A stretch of 64,000 nucleotides of DNA from an uncultured Nitrososphaerota archaeon (lineage in GTDB: Archaea; Thermoproteota; Nitrososphaeria; Nitrososphaerales; Gagatemarchaeaceae). The translations under genes were made by a program, and so were the position numbers. The DNA lies in assembly GCA_963703285.1 (NCBI GenBank), contig OY969807.1, positions 384,001 to 448,000 of the forward strand, in the 5' to 3' direction. Shown here in pieces: positions 58,953-64,000 of this stretch (the stretch's first letter is position 1; each line of letters starts with the position of its first letter). The notes beneath the pieces are model-generated. The model was not told where the DNA came from and made no database searches. It saw nothing but the letters and a program-made list of their open reading frames with translations.

Positions 58953-59618
58953 GTGCAGAAGATAGGGGACTGCCCCTTCGCGGACGACGTCCTCTTCGAC
59001 GTCGAGCGAGGCGTCTGGGCCAGGATGTCCGGGGGGCTGGTCACCGTGGGGATAGACACCATACAGGCCTGGATCAGCGGCCCCTTCACGGCCGTCACGT
59101 TCAAGGAGCTGGGCGCGGTCGTCGACCGCTGGAAGAGCCTCGGGTCGGTCGAGGGACCCCGCCACTTCGACGTCGTGAGGTCGCCGCTGAGCGGGCGCGT
59201 CGTCGCGGTCAACGGGTCGCTCCTCGCCGACCCCGGGCTACTCAACCACGATCCGTACGGGGAGGGGTGGTTCGCGAAGCTGGCACCGCTGAAGCTCGAG
59301 GACGAGAAGGGCGGCTTGCTCTCCCTTGGTGCCGCGAGACCCGCCCTCGAGCGGAAGATCGGGGAGCTCAAGGTCAGGTGCTTCGCCGACTTCCCCGACT
59401 ATGAGATGTTCGAGATAGGCTCGGAGTGCGCGGGCATCCTCGTCAAGCTCGACGAGCTAATCTCGCGCTCCCCCATAGGCGCGGTTGTGCACCTCGTCTC
59501 GGACGACCCGACGGCCGAGGTCGAACTCGTAGCCTGGGGCGAGCGGACGGGTCAGGAGGTTCTAGAGAGCAGGAAGGAGGGGAACCTGTATCACTTCATC
59601 ATAAAGAAGACCCACTAG
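58953..59618 (+). CDS. GcvH-like domain fused to a TusA/SirA-like domain
   Basis: W...VTVGI, GSVEGPRH..V.SPLSG.V..VN..L...P..LN.DPYGEGW; then G.EC....VK...V..VSDDP.A..EL..W...G.EV. Confidence 0.85.
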   Translation: MQKIGDCPFADDVLFDVERGVWARMSGGLVTVGIDTIQAWISGPFTAVTFKELGAVVDRWKSLGSVEGPRHFDVVRSPLSGRVVAVNGSLLADPGLLNHDPYGEGWFAKLAPLKLEDEKGGLLSLGAARPALERKIGELKVRCFADFPDYEMFEIGSECAGILVKLDELISRSPIGAVVHLVSDDPTAEVELVAWGERTGQEVLESRKEGNLYHFIIKKTH

Positions 59619-59825
59619 GGGATGGTTTGGCGCGCCTAGTCTTCAAGGGACGGCGGCGAAGGGCCCGAGGAGCTGGGCACTCGCGTCCACGCTGCTTTGG
59701 CTGTTCTCTTTGGGGCGTCTCGGCAGTCGCCTCGCAGTTCGTGTTCGACGCCTACTCATCCCCTCCGCTGGCGGATTCACGAAGAAATAAATAACATACG
59801 ATGTAATGCGAAAGCTGCCAAAAGA

Positions 59826-61421
59826 TTGACGAGTCCCGAAAGGGGAGCTTTCGTACGCGAGGCGACGGGCCTCACGCGGCAGATCAGCGGTTTCGACGCA
59901 TTCCTCGGAAACATCCTCGCCATGGGGATCGCCTACTTCTTCGTATTCGAGTTCTTCGCGACGCTCCTCTTCCCGGGCGTAGACCTGCCCATCACGATCC
60001 TGGTGACGCTGATACCGGGGCTCGTGGTCGCTCTCCTCTACTACCTCTTCACGGTCGCGATGCCCAGGACTGGCGGGGACTACGTTTGGACCAGCAGGGC
60101 TATCGGCGCCCCCCTCGGCTTCATGACCAACTTCGTCCTGACGTTCACCTGGTTGGCGAGCCTCGCGACGGCCGTCGCCTGGGGGATCAGCTACGGGGTC
60201 ATCCCGAGCCTGGCGGCGGTCGGAATGGTACAGAGCAACTCGGGACTGATCAGCCTGGCGAGCTCACTGGCGAAACCTGACACCGCGTTCGGGATATCCT
60301 GCGTCCTGATAATCGTCTTCATCCTTCCGATAATGTTCGGCACGAGGGTGGCGTTCCGCGTCATGCTCGCCATGTTCCTGATTTCGCTGGCCGGAGCCCT
60401 GGTGACGGTGGCGGCCTACTTCTCGGCCCCGAACGCCACCTTCATCGCGAACTTCAACCACTACTCGGGGATGAACTATGCGAACGCGATAACGACCGCA
60501 GCGCTCCCTCTGGGCTTCGTGGCGTCGGCCACGGTGGTCGGCTCGATATTCACCATGACCAACTTCCTGGGCTTCTTCAGCTCGGCGTACTTCTCGGGCG
60601 AGGTGAAGAGGGTCCAGCGCTCGCAGGTCTACGCGATGTTCGGCTCGCTCCTCTTCCTGATGGTGATCGCGTTCCTAATCTACGGCTCGGCGTACTACTC
60701 GGCGGGCTCTAGCTTCCTCAACGCCATCTCGCTCCTCTACGTAACCGGGAAGACCTACACGCTCCCGGCGGTCCCGACGCTGAACTTCCTGGTCGCCTTC
60801 GCGAGCCCCAACCCGGTGGTGATAATGCTCTCCGGGATAGCGCTCCTTGCGACCGGCCTCGGCGGCGCGACGCTGTTCGCCTTCGTGTGCGTCAGGAACC
60901 TGTTCTCGTGGTCCTTCGACAGGGTGATGCCGACCGCGCTCACGCGCCTCGACTCGAAGAGGGGGAGCCCGAACTACGCCGTGGCGGTCATCCTCGTCGT
61001 GGCCATAGTCCTGGAGGCGGTCTACTACTTCAGCTCGTTCTTCACCTACTACGTCTTCGCGACGCTGAACCTGTTCATCGTCTTCACGATGGTCTCGATA
61101 GCGGCGATAGTCTTCCCGTACAAGCTGAAGAACGTCTTCGAGAACTCTCCGGCGATAGTGAAGAAGAAGATCGGGTCCGTCCCCGCGATAACCGTCCTCG
61201 GCGTCGTCGGGGTGGTGGTCAACGTCTTCTTCGGGTACGAGACCACCAACCCATTGATCAGCACGCCCCCGAGCGGGACCATACTCGTCCAGTACCTCTC
61301 GTACGCGACGGTGCCCCTGACGATAGTCGCCGGCCTGGTCATCTACGCGATCGCGTACTACGTCCGCCGCGGTCAGGGGATACAGCTCGGGGCCGCCTTC
61401 AAGGAGATTCCGCCGGAGTAA
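59826..61421 (+). CDS. APC-family amino acid/amine permease
   Basis: FVREATGLTR, MPRTGGDYVW, GEVK, FSWSFDR, EIPPE; ~12 TM. Confidence 0.9.
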   Translation: MTSPERGAFVREATGLTRQISGFDAFLGNILAMGIAYFFVFEFFATLLFPGVDLPITILVTLIPGLVVALLYYLFTVAMPRTGGDYVWTSRAIGAPLGFMTNFVLTFTWLASLATAVAWGISYGVIPSLAAVGMVQSNSGLISLASSLAKPDTAFGISCVLIIVFILPIMFGTRVAFRVMLAMFLISLAGALVTVAAYFSAPNATFIANFNHYSGMNYANAITTAALPLGFVASATVVGSIFTMTNFLGFFSSAYFSGEVKRVQRSQVYAMFGSLLFLMVIAFLIYGSAYYSAGSSFLNAISLLYVTGKTYTLPAVPTLNFLVAFASPNPVVIMLSGIALLATGLGGATLFAFVCVRNLFSWSFDRVMPTALTRLDSKRGSPNYAVAVILVVAIVLEAVYYFSSFFTYYVFATLNLFIVFTMVSIAAIVFPYKLKNVFENSPAIVKKKIGSVPAITVLGVVGVVVNVFFGYETTNPLISTPPSGTILVQYLSYATVPLTIVAGLVIYAIAYYVRRGQGIQLGAAFKEIPPE

Positions 61422-61425
61422 TGGG

Positions 61426-62328
61426 TTGGCCGGCTCGAGACCCGGGCGCATCAAGAAGACCGAAGGGAAGGTCAAGGTCCTCGGGTTCGGCCTCTACTAC
61501 AAGGTCTTCACGCCTCCCTCGCCGAGGGGGACCGTCGTCTGCCTCCACGGAAGGCCCGGCGCGACCCACGACTACCTCCTCCCGCTCAGGGACCTGGCCC
61601 GGTCGGGGTGGAGGGTCGTCTTCTACGACCAGCTGGGCTGCGGGATGTCGGAGCTCCCACGGGACCACGCCCTCTTCACGATCGAGCGCGCGGTAGAGGA
61701 CCTCGAGGAGTTCAGGAAGACGATGGGCCTCGGCAGGGTCCACCTCATGGGTTCGAGCTACGGGGGGATGCTCGCCCTGGCGTACGCGCTGAAGTATCAG
61801 AGGAACCTGAAGAGCCTGATCACCACGGGGGGCATCGCGAGCATACCGCTCGCCATCGAGGAGATGCAGCGTCTCAAGCATGAGCTCCCGCCGGCGGTCC
61901 TCCGCACCATGGCCAGGTATGAGGCGCAGGGCGCCTACGAGGACCCGAACTACGAGAGGGCTGTGATGGTCTTCTACAAGAGGCACCTTCTCCGGAGGAA
62001 GCACTGGCCCAAGGAGCAGGAGTACACGATGTCTCACATGAGCAAGCCGGTCTATGGGACGATGAACGGCCCGAACGAGTTCACGATAATCGGGAACATA
62101 CGCTACTGGGACGTCACCGAGAGGCTACACGAGGTCAGGGTCGCCACCCTCGTCACCGGCGGGCGCTACGACGAGGTGACCCCCAGGGTGGCGAGGGGCA
62201 TCCACGACCACATCAGGGGCTCCAAGCTGGTCATCTTCGAGAAGAGCTCGCACCTCGCCATGTGGGAGGAGCGCCGGCGCTACATGCGGACGCTGGATCG
62301 ATTCATGGGCTCGGCTTCGCGGCGTTAG
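61426..62328 (+). CDS. Proline iminopeptidase family (tricorn F1-like) alpha/beta hydrolase
   Basis: HG.PG, YDQLGCG.S, GSSYGG, MNGPNEF, G.YDE, SSH. Confidence 0.9.
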   Translation: MAGSRPGRIKKTEGKVKVLGFGLYYKVFTPPSPRGTVVCLHGRPGATHDYLLPLRDLARSGWRVVFYDQLGCGMSELPRDHALFTIERAVEDLEEFRKTMGLGRVHLMGSSYGGMLALAYALKYQRNLKSLITTGGIASIPLAIEEMQRLKHELPPAVLRTMARYEAQGAYEDPNYERAVMVFYKRHLLRRKHWPKEQEYTMSHMSKPVYGTMNGPNEFTIIGNIRYWDVTERLHEVRVATLVTGGRYDEVTPRVARGIHDHIRGSKLVIFEKSSHLAMWEERRRYMRTLDRFMGSASRR

Positions 62329-63130
62329 GGGGTTCCATCGCGTCGTGGTTCTTGAGCCACCAGCGCGCTATCTCCTCGGCCGTCGCGACCCAGACTCCCT
62401 CGTGGGACTTCACGTGCGCTATGATCTTCTCGAGGGCCCTGCTCGCCGCCGGCCTCCCGGTCACCAGAGGGTGCATGGTGAGGCAGTAGAACTTCCCCTC
62501 CTCGTAAAGGACGTCGAACTCGTCCCTCCAGAGCTCGAAGACCTCCTGCGGGGAGTACCCCCTCTCCACGTAGTTGTCGAAGTCGTCCAGGGTGACCGCG
62601 CTCGGGAGCTCGACTATGCCGGAGTCCTTGAAGCTGTGGACGTATGGCAGGTCGTTGTCGAGCGCGTCGCCCCTCCAGATGAACCCTCCGAGTTCGTGCA
62701 GCAGCCTCACCGTGTCTTTGCTGGGGTTCCAGTCGGGAGTCCTGTGCCCCACCGGCTTCCTCCCCGTTATCCTCTGTACTATCTCGACGGTCTTCCTGAT
62801 GTCCTCCTTCTCGTCCTCGGCCTTCATGTTGTAGTAGGGCCGGTGGTCCCATCCGTGGACGGCCAGCTCGTGCCCCTCCGACTGGATGAGCTTCACGACA
62901 TCGGGTCGCTTCTCCGCGGTCTTGCCCACCATGCAGAAGGTGGCCTTGACCTGGTGCCTCGCCAGGACCCGCAAGACCCTCTGCGTGCCCGCGTTCATGT
63001 CGTAGTAGCCCTGGCTCAGGTAGAACATCTTCTCCGCGCCGTAAGCGTCTATTATGCCCGACTCGTCGTCGTTGTCGAACGTGAAGACAGCCGCGCATCT
63101 CACGCCGGGTGGCCAGACGGTCTCGTTCAA
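62303..63130 (-). CDS. Polysaccharide deacetylase (CE4, PuuE/PgdA-like)
   Basis: TFD.D, ATF, GHE.A.HG..H, G.R.P, MHP...GRP. Confidence 0.88.
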   Translation of the reverse strand: MNETVWPPGVRCAAVFTFDNDDESGIIDAYGAEKMFYLSQGYYDMNAGTQRVLRVLARHQVKATFCMVGKTAEKRPDVVKLIQSEGHELAVHGWDHRPYYNMKAEDEKEDIRKTVEIVQRITGRKPVGHRTPDWNPSKDTVRLLHELGGFIWRGDALDNDLPYVHSFKDSGIVELPSAVTLDDFDNYVERGYSPQEVFELWRDEFDVLYEEGKFYCLTMHPLVTGRPAASRALEKIIAHVKSHEGVWVATAEEIARWWLKNHDAMEPPNAAKPSP

Positions 63131-63212
63131 GGCTGCGTCCTTCGACCGCCGACCCCGGATTTGAGCTTTTGCCTCCCCGGCAGCGATGCGGGGAGGACGG
63201 AGGCGAGGTGCC

Positions 63213-64000
63213 TTACCTCTCGATGGGCGTACCGACCGAGTTCCCCCACTCCGTCCAAGAACCGTCGTAGTTCCTGACGTTGGGGTATCCCAGCAGGTAG
63301 GTGAGCACGAACCAGCTGTGGGACGACCTCTCGCCGATCCTGCAGTAGGTTATGACCTCCTTCTCGGGGGCGACACCCTTCGCGGCGTACAGGGCCAATA
63401 TCTCTTCCCTTGTCTTGAAGGTGCCGTCGGCGTCGTTGACGGTCTGCACCCACGGGACGTTCTTGGCGCCGGGGATGTGCCCGCCCCGCTGGGCGTGCTC
63501 CGTCGGATACTCCGGGGGCGCGAGTATCTCTCCGCTGAACTCCTTGGGGCCCCTGACGTCTACGAATACCTTGTCGCCCCTGCCGATCGCCTTCAGCACC
63601 TCGTCCTTGTAGGCCCTCAGCCTCTGGTTGGCGCCGGCGGCCCTGAAGTCGGTCTTTGGATACGAGGGCACGTCCTTCGTCACCGGCCTGTCCTCGAGGA
63701 GCCACTTCTTCCTTCCGCCGTTGATTATCTTGACCTTCTCCACTCCGTAGTACTTGAAGACCCAGAAGGCGAAGGCCGCGAACCAGTTGTTGAAATCGCC
63801 GTAGAGGACGACCCACGTGTCCTTGGTTATGCCAGCGCCGCTGAAGAGCTCATCGAGTTGCTCTCTGCTCAGTATGTCCCTCCTCAGAGGGTCATTGATG
63901 TCCTTCTTCCAGTCGAAGAGGACCGCGCCCGGTATGTGCCCTATGGCGTAGTTCGCCGCGGGGTCGTAGTCGACCTCGGCGACCCGCACGTCGGCGTCCT
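63213..64000 (-). CDS. Two-domain rhodanese/thiosulfate sulfurtransferase (5' end outside window)
   Basis: GHIPGA twice, YCRIGERSS, NYDGSWTEWGN. Confidence 0.94.
   Translation of the reverse strand, partial: DADVRVAEVDYDPAANYAIGHIPGAVLFDWKKDINDPLRRDILSREQLDELFSGAGITKDTWVVLYGDFNNWFAAFAFWVFKYYGVEKVKIINGGRKKWLLEDRPVTKDVPSYPKTDFRAAGANQRLRAYKDEVLKAIGRGDKVFVDVRGPKEFSGEILAPPEYPTEHAQRGGHIPGAKNVPWVQTVNDADGTFKTREEILALYAAKGVAPEKEVITYCRIGERSSHSWFVLTYLLGYPNVRNYDGSWTEWGNSVGTPIER

Noticed and set aside
5341-64000. Many long alternative-frame and antisense ORFs
   Set aside because: Expected shadow ORFs of high-GC3 coding sequence; no motifs
1-64000. tRNA, rRNA or CRISPR arrays
   Set aside because: None recognised by eye; tRNAscan-SE and Infernal were not run, so small RNAs may be missed

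Overview
High-GC archaeal chromosome segment. The gene set (SMC-ScpAB, TFB next to a C34/TFE-beta homolog, Lsm-mat-RIO2, rps30e, pantoate kinase/PPS, thermopsin) suggests a basal Nitrososphaerota (Thaumarchaeota) lineage; this is an inference. It has a lower-GC accessory end (1-5.3 kb), a thiamine-linked accessory patch with gene debris (8.6-14.5 kb), an IS481 with a 15-bp target duplication, a Zn/Mn ABC transporter, a CoA biosynthesis cluster, a long informational block, a putative gamma-glutamyl amine catabolism cluster, and a sulfur-relay/Elp3 block. The main discovery is absent from the ORF track: a ribosomal protein S30e gene (57152-57338) that is split by a 19-nt intron forming a canonical bulge-helix-bulge (BHB) and that appears to start at ACG. 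A free-standing zinc-finger LAGLIDADG gene overlaps it, with its stop codon on the 3' splice site. A second gene (TRAM) also appears to start at ACG in the same AAGA-ACG context. Other oddities are a Tat-signal ThDP enzyme and a GcvH-TusA fusion that lacks the lipoyl lysine. All calls come from reading motifs; no database searches were run.
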